64,000 bases of DNA, taken from NCBI RefSeq assembly GCF_004010195.1, contig NC_057719.1, positions 44,473,103 to 44,537,102 of the forward strand. Reading direction: 5' to 3'. The position numbers were made by a program, and so were the translations under genes. The notes under the pieces are model-generated. The model ran no database searches, was not told the origin of the DNA, and was given only the letters and a program-made list of their open reading frames with translations. Below, piece after piece: positions 52,228 to 64,000 of the stretch (its first letter is position 1; the number at the start of each line of letters is the position of its first letter). This stretch comes from Chiloscyllium plagiosum (Eukaryota).

Positions 52228-52479
52228 TAACCAAACCCAGTGTTGCAGAATGTGAAAATCCAGTGCTGTTGCTCCATGCTTTCCTCTAGAGCCTTGGGAC
52301 TCAGTCTGTGTATTTCCCTGAATGATGGATGTTTATCTCCAGCAGGCTATTTTACCAAATGTGACAATGATGTATTTGTTATCTCTCAATACTAAGAACC
52401 AGGACATGGATATCATGGTATTGAGGAATTCAACAGTCATTTATTGCAACTAACCATTATGGACAAACACTACATCTCA

Positions 52480-54400
52480 GTGCAGTTTTGGTAGTTCTCT
52501 ATCTGCTCATTGGTCATGTATCTCTTTCATTCTGCTCTGTCTTTGAAGAAGAATGTCTCAGAATGGGTGGCCAAATAATTGCTTTGCAAGGTCAATCACA
52601 CATGCCTTCTGAGCATAAGTTGTGCTGGAAATGGTAATCTATTCTGCAATTGTGTTGCATGAAAATGCAACAATGTGACGGAAAGCCCTCGTTTGGTTGT
52701 TCAACACTGAATGAACATTGAATTGATCATATATAGCATGTATCTTATCAGGACATAATGGGAAATGATGTGATATGGCTCACTTTGAACTTAGTACACA
52801 GGTCTTGAAATTCGCAATGAACTGTGGTCTATTGTCCACCATTATCTTTGTCTGGGTACTGAATAAACTGTGCTCATTGCATTAATAATGGTTACACTTG
52901 TGATGTTGCTAATTTGTGAAGAATGGGAAATTTAGAGAATTAATCCATTGTAAGATATAATCTTCCCCATGGATGTGACTAGATCTGTTGCACTTTTGTC
53001 CAATGAATGGATGGAACATCATGAGTATCTTGATCCATGTGTGATTGGGTAATCTGCTCAATGTGTTAGACATAAACATCCTGGAACCTGACTTACATTC
53101 ACTTCAAAGTCACATCCTTGGAAATTGTTGAAAGATTTAACTGTGTCATGTTGGCCTGTTCTGCCACAGGCATGGCATGGCACAGATATCTGTATCAAGA
53201 TCTGTGGAAGTTGACACAGTCATAGGGGCCATGCCTCAGGTAAGGGGTGAGGTTGAGAAGGTAGGGCCTTTACACTGGCAGGAATTGAACTAGTGCTGCC
53301 ACTGTCACTCTGCATTTGTAAACCAGCCATTCCCTATATACCTGCAGACCTAGTACTTCTGTACTGTGGTATCTGTAAGGTAGAAGGCTTTATGAAGCCA
53401 AGATTAACTTGTGTATTGGGTCTGCAATGTGACTCTGTCAATGGAATTAATTATCCATTACACCATGTGAGTTGTTCTCTCATGAGTTCTATCATGAAGC
53501 AACATTTGCTGTGATTATGTCTTTGAGGTTGAATAATGATAATACGTTGACACTAATTCTCATATCAAAATTATCTTTTGGGTGAGTTGTCTTGTATTTT
53601 CAGGACTTATGATTTTGCAAAGCTTTTTAAAGGTTGTATAATGTTGATATGGTATTTGAGGTAACAGTATGGAAAGCTTGGTTATTTTCTAAAATTTGCC
53701 TTTTGTTTGGTTGACTCAGAAACTCTTAAATCAGATTGTGTTTGTGCACCTTCTAAACATTTTCCTTGTTGCCAGTACTGTGGTGTTGCACCATATAGTT
53801 GGTCACCTGTGTATTTTTCTAGAGCCAGACTCCACCTTTGGAACTGAATCCCTTGCATAATATGTCTCAGTGTTCCTTAAGAGGGTACAATTTAAAAATA
53901 AGGGGCATGCCATTTAGGACTGAGATAAGAAAAAATGTTTTTAGTCAGAGTATCATAAATCTTTGGAATTCTCGACCCTGGAGGACTATGGAAATTCACT
54001 GAGTTTCTCCTACAGTTGCTCGTCAGAAATGTCACACTCATGCCCTTTGTGTTGGCATCTTCCGACAAACTGGTCAATATACTCTTGATACTGCTGTCTG
54101 TGTGACTGACTTGGAGTTAGTTATGACAGACTTGTTAATCCTGAAGTTATTTCTCGCCATGAGTTTAATTTTGTAAGCTATCCAGTTGTTTTCTGGATCT
54201 TTCAAATGTACACGAAGACCAGATCTGTTAATTCTGCAACCCTCCTCACCAATGGCAAGGCAATATTTTTGGAGCTCTTCTCTCAGAATCAATTATTACT
54301 TCAGCTGTAATAAAGAACTGCGTATGTTGCTTGAATATCTGTAATCAGTGGATGGCCAAGTCATAATTAAGTATTTGCCTACGTTCTCCTTGCAGGTCTT
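52480..54400 (-). mobile_element. Gypsy LTR-retrotransposon relic: gag, protease and integrase (RT/RNase H apparently deleted)
   Basis: gag: IGEEG...KDP..W...NFRI...IDQFVGRC..C. Protease-like: FDMRISVNVL. Integrase: KSATDL...SNITSVTIINAM...DNRPQF...HITSFP. Confidence 0.7.
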
Positions 54401-54964
54401 TGTTTTTGTTTTAAGAGGTCAAGTGCAGTGTTTGTTTATTCCTTTTACTGGTTTTGCTTTTCTCTCCTTTTATTTTTGCCTTTTTTCTTCTATTTGCTTT
54501 TATTTATTTCCTCTGTTACTTCTCCTTTATACATTCCATTAAGACTACCTTTTAAAGACTACTTGCTTGAAATTTAAGAATTGCAGGCTTATTTTTGCAG
54601 GTTTCTGCCTGTAGATGACATTAATGTCAAAATGGGAATGATGATGTCAAATGTATATTCCTATTTTTACATCGATGTGGAGAAAGGAAATGGTGGAAAT
54701 CACCAAGGTTCAGACACAGGGGAAGCTTTTAAAAGATTAAATCACTTTTTCATGTTCTTAAAGCTATATTTTGCTTCAGGAATCGTTTGGAGTGATGTGG
54801 TCAGGAATATTTAATTGCAAAATTTAAAATTGGATCAACAGGTTTTCAGGGCTTTTTTATAGTGAGGGATGGTAGAATGCTCACTGTGTAGCCTTTAGCT
54901 TTGCTTGCATTTGTAACTTAAGCCTTTTTAACTTTTAAGTAAAGGAACTCTTTGAAACTTCTTC

Positions 54965-55720
54965 TATCTGAAAAGAACTTAGAGTTTTATTCAAACAAAA
55001 CTTCTGGCTGATCATTGCAGATCTGTAAAGCTGTCTGTATTCAGAGAAACTGATTCTGCTGATTGGTGAATTATCTGATGTTCACAACTGTTGGTCAGTT
55101 GGTCTTCAATTAGTTTTCCAATTATTAGTCAAGGTGATCTTAGTTTTTTTTAAAAGAGATGGCCACCTTTGCTCACAATGGATGGGTTTTGACTCCAGCA
55201 GGGCATTCTACCTAATGTGGCAATGCTTTTTTTTTCCCATAACAACACATATTGTACTGTCGAAGAATCCAACATATTTATTGCTCCAAACTATTGTATA
55301 TAAACATTACATTCACAGGAAAATCAGTATCAAACTTTTAGAGTCAACCGATCAGCATGCTTTTAGTAATGTGTCATGTTTCAAGTGATTCCATAGTCAG
55401 ATTCAATTGGGATGTGAGAATTTTAGGTCCTCAAGTCACATGCTACAATACATTGATGATATTAGGGACACATCTCCAAAACATACACTGACATACTGAT
55501 CATGAGACTTAAAACAACATGCTATGAGAAGGAGCAACAAAGCCTGGGACACTTCCGAGATAAAGAATGTTGGAAGTGAAGTTCTAACACGATGATTTGC
55601 TTTCTACATGGTAAATGATTCCATGATCTTATTGCACAGGGTCTACAAACTTGTAATATTAATAAACTTTGTTCAATTTCTCCTCATCATCTGCTGTGAC
55701 TCAATGGAACACTTTGTGAA
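54965..55720 (+). pseudogene. EVE copy C (diverged) of the methyltransferase fragment
   Basis: Nucleotide similarity of 55190-55520 to 50625-50970. Peptides LILLIGE, FPIISQGDL (from 55115), LTPAGHST*CGN and KHYIH...TDQHAF..SCFK. Confidence 0.5.
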
Positions 55721-56589
55721 AAACAACAGTATGAACTATTGATGATCAGGAGATCCACCAACCTTACCATCACGCACCTCCCTTCAACAATCCCTTTGGT
55801 TAATGAACTTCACAGCTATTTTTGCTGTTTATGCACCTATCCTAAGACAGTGGCTGTAGTACCTGGTCATAGTCAATAATATTCCTCTATCATTTTTCTT
55901 CTCAGCTCTAGCCTTATGATTTGAGTTCAATGACTCCGTAGGCAAGTGTCTGCAGTCACTATTAGGCAATAAGCATATTCTGATCCACTTCTTCTGGCTG
56001 TCTTGTAGTCTGCAAGCCACCCATTGCTAATTTCTTACTTACAATATCTATAATACTCCTTACCCAGCCACTCCACCCATTTAGATGAATGTAAGTTAGC
56101 TAATGCGTGGGAATAAGAAAGCAAGTGAGGTAGGAGTTACATCAAAAGTGTTGAGGGAGGTATACATTGATTAGGATAGCACAGCCAAAGCTCAGTGTTT
56201 TTCCAACAGCTTTATTTTAACATTCTTATCGTTGATTTTAAATCTCTCCATGGATTTTCCCCTCACCTTTGTAATCTCCTCCAGCCTTACAATCCTCTGA
56301 AATGATTGTACTCCTCCAATTTTGGTGTTTTGATTTTAATTGCTTTGCAATGGTAGCCTTACCTTTAGTAGCCAAAGCCATAAGCTTTGGAATTCCCTTC
56401 TTAAACCTCTTCAAATGCCATCTAGACATATCTGATTTGCTAAAGAGTTTTGGTAAATTGCATTGCTTTTCACTCCTCTGTAAAAGAATAAAAGTTCTGT
56501 TTTCTTGATTATTCAAAGTTATGAGAAGAGGTTTTCTCTTTGTTTGAATTATTGATAGTGGGCAAGACAGCACGTCTGGTTGGCTGGCC

Positions 56590-57120
56590 TTCACACTGAC
56601 CCCAGAGTCTTTGTGGGTCAGCTTAATGACAATAATAAAAAAGCTTTCCAGCTGGGTTGCTGCCTTTGATTGAGAGACAGTGGAATTGAAAGGAAGTTAG
56701 TATGCTGCTGCAATGACAGTCATTAACAAAGAAATATGTACAATTCGAAATCTGTACAGTATGTTTGAGAAGCTCACCAAAGTGCAGGGTATCTTACTTT
56801 TTGAAAAGTTTGGTTGAATTCCTGTCTAATATTAGAAAGAATAGAGAGATGCTCTTGAGAATGAATAAAGAAATAATCAAGCACTGTGACAAGGTGGTCT
56901 TGGCAATAATTGCTGCTCCTACCACTCTACTCATGACAAAGCATTGTTGTGAATAGTTTAATTACCTCACCAGTTCATGCAGGAAATGGAACCATACTTA
57001 ATAATAACACTGTAATAAAATCTGACACAACCATCTTTTCCTCGCTGTATTATAGTGCTATTAATGTCCAGATGGCGTCAAAGGACTCTTAACTCACCAG
57101 TTTCATATATGGAGACTACT
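56590..57120 (+). pseudogene. Candidate EVE: Mononegavirales (paramyxo/filo-like) nucleoprotein core
   Basis: LWVSLMTIIKKLS...; LLRMNKEIIKHCDKVVLAIIAA resembles IAEMI.DI..YI..AGLA.F; LPHQFMQEM resembles L.EF.GEL; NN..IKS...FSSLYYSAINV...S.LTSFIYG (57000-57113) resembles N...KF....YP.L.S.A.GV. Confidence 0.45.
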
Positions 57121-57519
57121 AAAAGTGAATTGTATTATGTGTTTTCTAGTCTCATTTTTTGCTTGTTTTGACACTTGGGTTAATTTTGTCTCATGGTATC
57201 CACAGGATTTTCATTCTCTTTTTATTCTTCCTATTCTAGATGCCTACTTTTTCTCCTCTGTTTGGTGTACAAGACAAGAAGATACTGAGGAGGATGTCAA
57301 ACATTCAGCAGACCCTTTAATTTCACTCTGTCAACATATCAGTACACATGCCATCATTCACTGTCTCTGGCTCAAACTGACTAGTGGTCTTTAACCTGAG
57401 GGGCAGTAAATGGTGGTTTGTGAGATGATGATGCACAGAACTTCAGGTAGTTGGAGAAGCTACATCAGAAACTGAGGTGGATAGTCAGGAAAATCAGGTG
57501 GTATTATTCTGGGCAAAGT

Positions 57520-58920
57520 ATAGAAGAAACTTACTAGCCATCATGAATTGGAGTCTTGTAAATTTATGGTCTACCTATCTTGGGAGATCCCTTACTAATT
57601 ATTGCATTGGTTTTAAAGGAAACCTAAAGTCATATGGCTGACAAACCCTTGTTTCAAATAGGTCAGTGCTTCTAATAAAAGAGGAAGCATAAAAAGCATG
57701 TTAAACATTCATAAACAGTGATCCTACAATATAAATATCATGACAGTTCAGTAAATTTCAACAGTTAGCAGCTACAAATGTCCATAACTTGCTCTTAATT
57801 AAATCCAAATATAGTTAGATTAACAAATCATGATGTTAGTAATTTATGAGAAATAAACTGCCTTCTATATCAAACAGTTGCTCGTTGAATGGGGTATCTG
57901 CCATTTATGTAAATTCATGTATATAAAATTTGATATGCCAATTCTGGTTGGAATAATGAGTAGATGGATTGCCCATGAGAATCACATAACAAATTTTGGC
58001 AAGCTTTTCAAGTATAGTTGATTGCAAAGTATTTTGATATAAATTTATTAACTCAAAAACCTTTTGAGAAATGTTTTAATGATCTGCACTGTAAGTAAAT
58101 GCTAAATAATAAGTTACCCTTTTTCATAAGTTATGAATGAAATTGATTCAGATTTTCTCCTTAGGATAATGAGATAAGTGCTCTTTGCATAAAAACATAA
58201 ATGGTCTACAGTAAATAGCAGCATGAGTACTTAGTGGTGTAGACTGTAAGCTTTTTCCCTTTGAGCGGCCTCAATTTGAGTCTACAATTTGGGAAGAGGG
58301 GAGGCTTTCTGTGGAATATTTTGATAAAATGTGGAACTAAACAAAGATTAAATATGGCAGGTGGCTGGCTCCTTTTTAGAGCTATGTGATATTTGTTAAA
58401 GTTAAAACTTGTGTTTCAATACTACTTTAAGTTGAAGACTGCATAAGCTAAATTTTATCTCCAATGTTATTTAATACAGAATTTACTAAAATTTAAATTA
58501 TTGCAGATGTTCTGAGGTATAGCAGCCTGTGTAGCCAATCAGCATATTGCAATAGATAGATATTGGTACAAATGATTTAATGCATTAATACTCACATTTC
58601 CTTCCCAAGAAGAAGAACATGGGAAACATTTTCCAAATGGTAAGCTGTACTGATATTATACTGTTAAAAATTAATTCTGCAGTTTGCTGGTGAGGAGAAA
58701 AAATTACTTGAGGGTTTCTGGGAAAGTCAATTTTCCTACTGGAATAATGTTTAGAATAAATCGTGTGTAAAATAGATGCAATTAGCTGGACTGTAAACTA
58801 GTTTAACTTGCAAATCTAATCTCAATCTGCACCGTTAATGCATTGAAACAGTGAAGAATTTCATTCCCTGCACAATTGTCACTGAAAGGAAAATTGTGTG
58901 AAGATTCAGATTGTATGAAG
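57520..58920 (+). pseudogene. EVE: paramyxovirus-like L CR IV-CR V, decayed
   Basis: Collinear motifs: PS*IGVL..GDPL (57583-94), SDP/YNINI (57717-39), NPNIVRL (57802), KHKWS..VLSGVD..PFE (58193-58265), EYF..GTKQR (58314-47, PY.GS.T.ER), LHNCH*KENCV (58868-58900). Confidence 0.6.
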
Positions 58921-58986
58921 ATATGATCAGATAACCGATGCCGTTATTGACTGAGAAACATAAATTGAGAAGAACATTCGGGATGT

Positions 58987-59296
58987 TTAGATTAGATTAC
59001 TTACAGTGTGGAAACAGGCCCTTCGGCCCAACAAGTCCACACTGCCCCGCCGAAGCGCAACCCACCCATACCCCTACATCTACCCCTTACCTAAAACTAC
59101 GGGCAATTTAGCATGGCCAATTCACCTGACCTGCACATCTTTGGACTGTGGGAGGAAACCGGAGCACCCGGAGGAAACCCACGCAGACACGGGGAGAATG
59201 TGCAAACTCCACACAGTCAGTCGTCTGAGGCGGGAATTGAACCCGGGTCTCTGGCGCTGTGAGGCAGCAGTGCTAACCACTGTGCCACTGTGCCGC
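58987..59296 (-). mobile_element. HE1-type SINE (young)
   Basis: Near-identical to 42115-42432. Confidence 0.92.
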
Positions 59297-59799
59297 TCAC
59301 CAATGATGGAATTAGAGAATTTACAGACAGAAGGAAGCCATTCAACCCAATGTGTGTGTCACTTTTTGAAAGAGTGATCCAGTTTGGATCCGAGTATTTT
59401 TTTCACATAAACCTTACAGTTAGTCTTCTTCACATATCTTGAGTACTTTCTATTTTTATCTTAGATTTGTATTGTTCATGGGATTTTGCTTTTGTATTGG
59501 ATAATTTGCAACTATTTTGCTTCCAGGAGTGCCACTCTCCCTAATGTGTTTTCCATTTCTTTTCATTCCCTTGTTCATGTTTACACATTCATTCCTTTTT
59601 GTTTCCCTTCTTGTGTTTGATCAGGTATCTTCCAAAATCCCCTTCTTTAGGCACATCTCCTTTTTTCATAACTCTTTCTAGCTCTGACTTATTTTATGTA
59701 GATTCCAATCAAGTTTCATCTTACATGAAAATAAAACAAAACTGCAAAGGAACACCACTGCGTTCCTTCGCCAACATTTCTGTCACAGATTTGCTGCAG

Positions 59800-60460
59800 C
59801 GTTCCAGCGAGCCTCAGTACATCCTTGAAGAACAACACCTCATTTTCTATTTGGAGACCCTGCAGTCTCTAAGGCTCAGCACTGAGTTCAATAACTTTAG
59901 AGCCTGGTTCCATTCTTCCATGTTTTTTGACCCACCCAGACCTGTTATGATGTGGGTTGCTTTTTAGTACAGTCACCCATTCCCATGTACTCCTAGGCTC
60001 TTTATCACATTGTATGGTTTGCATTCAGCAGAGCTAACCAATTTTCTCTCTTAGCATGTATTATCACTTATTCAGCTTTTCTTCTATCTTGGCAGCTATC
60101 CATAATCTCCTGTTTACTTACTCCTTTTGTATCCTTCTCTCTGGCCTCCATCTCCACCTGTCCGGTCACCTCTACCCTTACCCCAAACTTCCCCTTTCAG
60201 ATTCAGCATAAATATCACATTTTCCTAGCTACTAACAATTCTGGACTTGAAACATTCAATCTGCTTTCTTCCTACAGATGCTGGCAGACCTGCTGAGTTT
60301 CTCAAAAATGTTGGTTTTATTTTTGTTTCATCTTATATGTTTTGAAATCAGGAGAAAGGGAGGACTGCAGATGCTGGAGATCAGAGTCAAAAAGTGCAGT
60401 GGTGGAAAAGCACAGCCGGTCAGGCAGCATCCGAGGAGCAGGAGAGTTATGTTTTGAGCA
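59800..60460. mobile_element. Penelope-like relics (GIY-YIG C-terminus and terminal repeats)
   Basis: LEEQHLIFYLETLQSLRLSTEFNNF in ORF 59599-59967, followed by CAGATGCTG terminal motifs. Confidence 0.7.
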
Positions 60461-60589
60461 TGAGGACTGAGGGCCCAGGATTATAGGTATCTCCTAGCCA
60501 TTCAGAATCCCTCAAATTGTTGATCTCCTGAGATCCACTTTTGATGCCATGCATCACCACATGCATACTCTTTAAAAAAAGTCAGTTTT

Positions 60590-61702
60590 TCTCACTCATT
60601 TTTTGTGGACATGCCACAAGATCCACAGCTACTGGGACAGCGTAACGAATGCCTTGGCAAAGATCTTGGGAACTGAGATTTGGTTGGATCCAGTGTCTCT
60701 CCTTTTGGGTTTTCTAAATTTTCTCTCTCTAGATGCACATGGGAAGGAACTGTTTACTCTTTTTGTGTGAGGAGAAACATTTTAGTGAGCTGGATATCGG
60801 AAAGTCCCTCAGGACTCTTGAACTGGCATAGGATAGTTATGGAACACATTGCCCTGGACCTCCTTATGAATATGGTACACCAGAAAACTGAATTGTTTTA
60901 TAGAACATGGATGCCCTTCTTGAATTATATCGATGTAAATACATTGGCCATATTGTCTAGGGCCATTGTCTGGCCATTAGGATGATGTCTGTCGGTTCGG
61001 CGACCCCTGGGAGGAAGAAGCCCACATAAATACAGGTCTACTCACTAATGCTCCCATCGATTGCAAGCTGTGATGAGAGTGCTTTGAGTGTTGTAACTTT
61101 ATTGAATGTAAATTAAGCTATCTTGTTATAACTTGGTACAATTCTATTTTGAATGTTTATTTATTTTTTGTTAGGTTTTTACTGTACTGCAGTTTTTTTA
61201 TATATAGAGCTTTTTTCTTTTATATCCTCTTTTGTGTTTTGGTAGTTTGTAGAGATTAGAATTCCAATAGTATGGAAACAGGCCCTTCAGCCCAACAAGT
61301 CCACACTGGCGAGTAACCCATCCAGACCCATTTCCCTCTGAGTAATGCACCTTGTGCTATGGGCAATTTAGCATGGCCAATTCGCCTAACCTGCACATCT
61401 TTGGACCGTGGGAGAAAACCAGAGCAAACCCATGCAGACACAGGGAGAATGTGCAAGCTCCACACAGAGAGTCACCCAAGGCTAGAAACAACCTGGGACC
61501 CTAGTGCTGTGAGGCAGCAGTGCTAACCACTGAGCCACAATGCCACCCATGCTATGTCAAGTAGATTAGTAGCCTGTTTTCTTTATTTAAATTGTTGTTG
61601 CTCTATTGTAAAGTGGTTGCACTATTTTGTACTAGTTTTGTAATTTTGAAAAAAAAACCTAAAAGCTTTCTTCTTTTCAATAAAAATATTTACAAAATAA
61701 AA
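60590..61702 (+). mobile_element. L1-like LINE 3' end with an HE1 SINE (61255-61550, minus) in its 3'UTR
   Basis: THFLWTCHKIHSYW (C-terminal Cys motif), FYRTWMPFL, T-rich UTR, AATAAA plus A-rich end at about 61680-61702. Confidence 0.8.
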
Positions 61703-62025
61703 GTCAGTTTTGATGAAAGGTGCTGAAACATTGGGTTGGGTTTTATGGTCCCATACTGGATGTGTTTTCAGTAGAGGGGCAGGTAAAATATGATGGGTGG
61801 ATTGGCTACTGCCTTCACTTCCAGTCTAAACTGGTCATAACATGATTAACGTGAAGGCACAGAAATTATCAGCACACTGCAATTCAAAACATAATTACTG
61901 GGAAATTGAACTTGTTCTCAAGCCAATACACCTGAATAATGCATTGCCCATGTCATAAAATGATTGCATGTGCAGGTAAGTTTCAGACCATTTCTAAATA
62001 ACATGATGGAAAAAGTGGGAAGGAT

Positions 62026-62868
62026 TGGGATACATCTTTTGGGGAGTTTCCTGTGTGCATCATGAACACCCCACCAAGATGTTACTCCCCACTTGCTTTG
62101 TCCCAACTTGACCCTCAAACCCAACTGAAATACTCTTTGACTCTCCCTATCCCTTCCCATCCTAAAAGCTCATCCTGTTTCAATGTCCACAGTCTATTGC
62201 TCTTCTTCCATGAGCCTGAGAACTGGAATTCTGGCTGTACTGGGAATTCTAGAGTTGCAATCCAATCAGATTGGCTGGCAGTTCTCAAGGGCAGAAGCCT
62301 TACTGAGTGTTAGTATTGAGTACTGAGTGCAGCACCAACTCTCCCTCCTGGGGTGTGAACAATGTGCCATTCTGCTTATAAAATTCAATCCATTAGCTTT
62401 GTTTCTCCCTCCACAGATGCTGCCTGATTTGTTGAGATTTCTAACAGTTTCTTTTTGTGTTTCAGATTTCCAGCACCAGTTATGCTTTTGCATAACTCTT
62501 TAAATAAATCTCTATTTACTTTTAAAAGTTCCCAAGGCACCTGATTCCATCACCCTTTTGGGAACCTTCATGTCTACTTACAGTTTGAGATTCTGCCCAT
62601 CCTGGGGAGGCCATTGCCCTTCATTGCTACTGCTCCTCAAATCTGACAGTTGTACCTCCATGCCAGCTGCGGCCTTCATGTAGGCAGATGACCAATTAAT
62701 TGTGAGTGGCTGTTTTGTGCCCTGCTCTTTTGCTCCTGCAATGTCAGATACTGAAGATCCCTTTCAATGCTAAAGCATTGGGATACATCTTTTGGAGAGT
62801 GTCCTGTGTGCATCATGAACACCCTGCCAAGATGTTACTCCCTACTTGCTTTGTCCCAACTTGACCCT
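62026..62868 (+). repeat. About 90-bp direct repeat (62026-62115 and 62779-62868)
   Basis: TTGGGATACATCTTTTGG...CTTGCTTTGTCCCAACTTGACCCT occurs twice with few mismatches. Confidence 0.85.
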
Positions 62869-63063
62869 TGAATCCCTTTCAATGCCAAAGCATCAAATGC
62901 CCTTTCTCCACCTCACCCGTGCAGCATCACAGGCAACTCTCTACCAAATGGCAACTCACCTGCTGTACCAGTGACCCTCCTATGAGGCTGGGTGATTGTC
63001 TGGGACAATCATGACAGGGTCTGCACTCTTGTACTCACTCCCTTTCAGATGACATGCAACAAT

Positions 63064-63525
63064 GGTTGGCATGATGAGTCAGTGGCTAGCACTGCTACAT
63101 CACAGCACCAGGGACCTGGGTTCACTTCTACCCTTGGGCGACTGTGTGGAGTTTGCACATTCTCTCTGTGTTTGCATGGGTTTCCGCTGGGTGCTCTAGT
63201 TTCCTCCCATAGTCTAAAGATGTGCAGGTTAGGTGAATTGGCCATGCTAAATTGCCCGTGGTGTCCAGGAATGCAGGCTAGGCAGGTTAGCCATGGTAAA
63301 TACAGGCTTAAACAGTCCTTGGATAAGCATACGGATGATGATGGGATAGTATAGGGGGATGGGCTTAGATTAGTTCACAGGTTGGCGCAACATCGAAGGC
63401 TGAAGGGCCTGTTCTGTACTGTATTGTTCTATGTTCTATGTTTCAGGGATGGTCTTTGGCAGATCGGTGTGGACTTGTTGGGCCGAATAGCTTTATCCCA
63501 CACTGTAGGGATTCTATAGTTCTAT
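63064..63525 (+). mobile_element. HE1-type SINE interrupted by a CR1 3' fragment (about 63310-63442)
   Basis: HE1 head and core, CR1 tail (TTCTATG)n, then the HE1 3' part resumes. Confidence 0.8.
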
Positions 63526-64000
63526 GCAGTGCATGTAATCCATATGCTTCCTTCTGAATTTCTAGCAAGCTTGTAACAAGCTTTAAAATTACTTTAATAT
63601 GCCTCAATACAGAGGAGAGTGTCCTGCATTGTCTCCATCTTTACTGAAACTGATAAGGCAACCAACAGCAAGCTCCCTCGTGTATGTTCTCATCTCCAGG
63701 GAAACACTACAAATTTAGCTTGATGCTCCCATCTACTTGATGCAAAAACAGGAAATAAAATTTTAAAAATTAAATCTGAAATGTATGTACAACAAGTAGT
63801 CTTAGAAGCAAAGAAAAAATGAACAGAATAAATATTAAAAACAAACTGCCTTTGAAATGAGCCACCAACTATTGCAATAAGGGCAAAGGTTGAAGATTTG
63901 TGAAAAGAATATTTATGGAAATTGTTGAAGATGAATGTCCAAAAGTCAGGAGAAATTTAATGTTTAGAGTGAAAGAGATACAAAGAAAATAATGGGCGAG

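Larger units (their letters stand above)
51440..52475 (+). pseudogene. EVE copy B of the methyltransferase fragment, split by a CR1 insertion
   Basis: 51442-51466 plus 52227-52475 align with high identity to 50491-50763. Peptides IGGPNLLQ and VKIQCCCSMLSSRA. Confidence 0.55.

Noticed and set aside
53100..53135. FQGCDFEV resembling SF1 helicase motif V
   Set aside because: It lies inside Gypsy integrase-region sequence, and no other helicase motifs are present.
1..64000. CRISPR arrays, prokaryotic operons, rRNA or intact host genes
   Set aside because: No regular repeat-spacer arrays were seen. Long ORFs map to TEs or their antisense strands, and no consistent exon chain was found.

Overview
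Repeat-dense eukaryotic DNA from a cartilaginous fish, probably a shark. The assignment rests on HE1-type tRNA SINEs, CR1/HER1 LINE 3' ends, Penelope-type hairpin elements with hammerhead cores, and Tx1, L1, Gypsy and Harbinger relics. I found no convincing intact host gene. The unusual content is the AT-rich unique DNA between the transposons. Hand translation across stops and frameshifts gives collinear, decayed motifs of non-retroviral RNA viruses. These comprise several Mononegavirales/Jingchuvirales-type L polymerase pieces (about 7.4-9.7 kb +, 24.6-25.8 kb +, 28.7-31.6 kb -, 45-49 kb -, 57.5-58.9 kb +), a nucleoprotein-like piece (56.6-57.1 kb +), a peribunyavirus-like L segment (36.5-40.9 kb -), and three copies of an alphavirus-supergroup capping-methyltransferase fragment (50.3-55.7 kb +) interleaved with a Gypsy element. 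The window therefore looks like a multi-order endogenous RNA-virus (EVE) hotspot, possibly a piRNA-cluster-like locus. All viral calls come from manual translation against remembered motif consensus and need frameshift-aware homology searches. Many boundaries are approximate. There is an assembly gap at 51729-51901.
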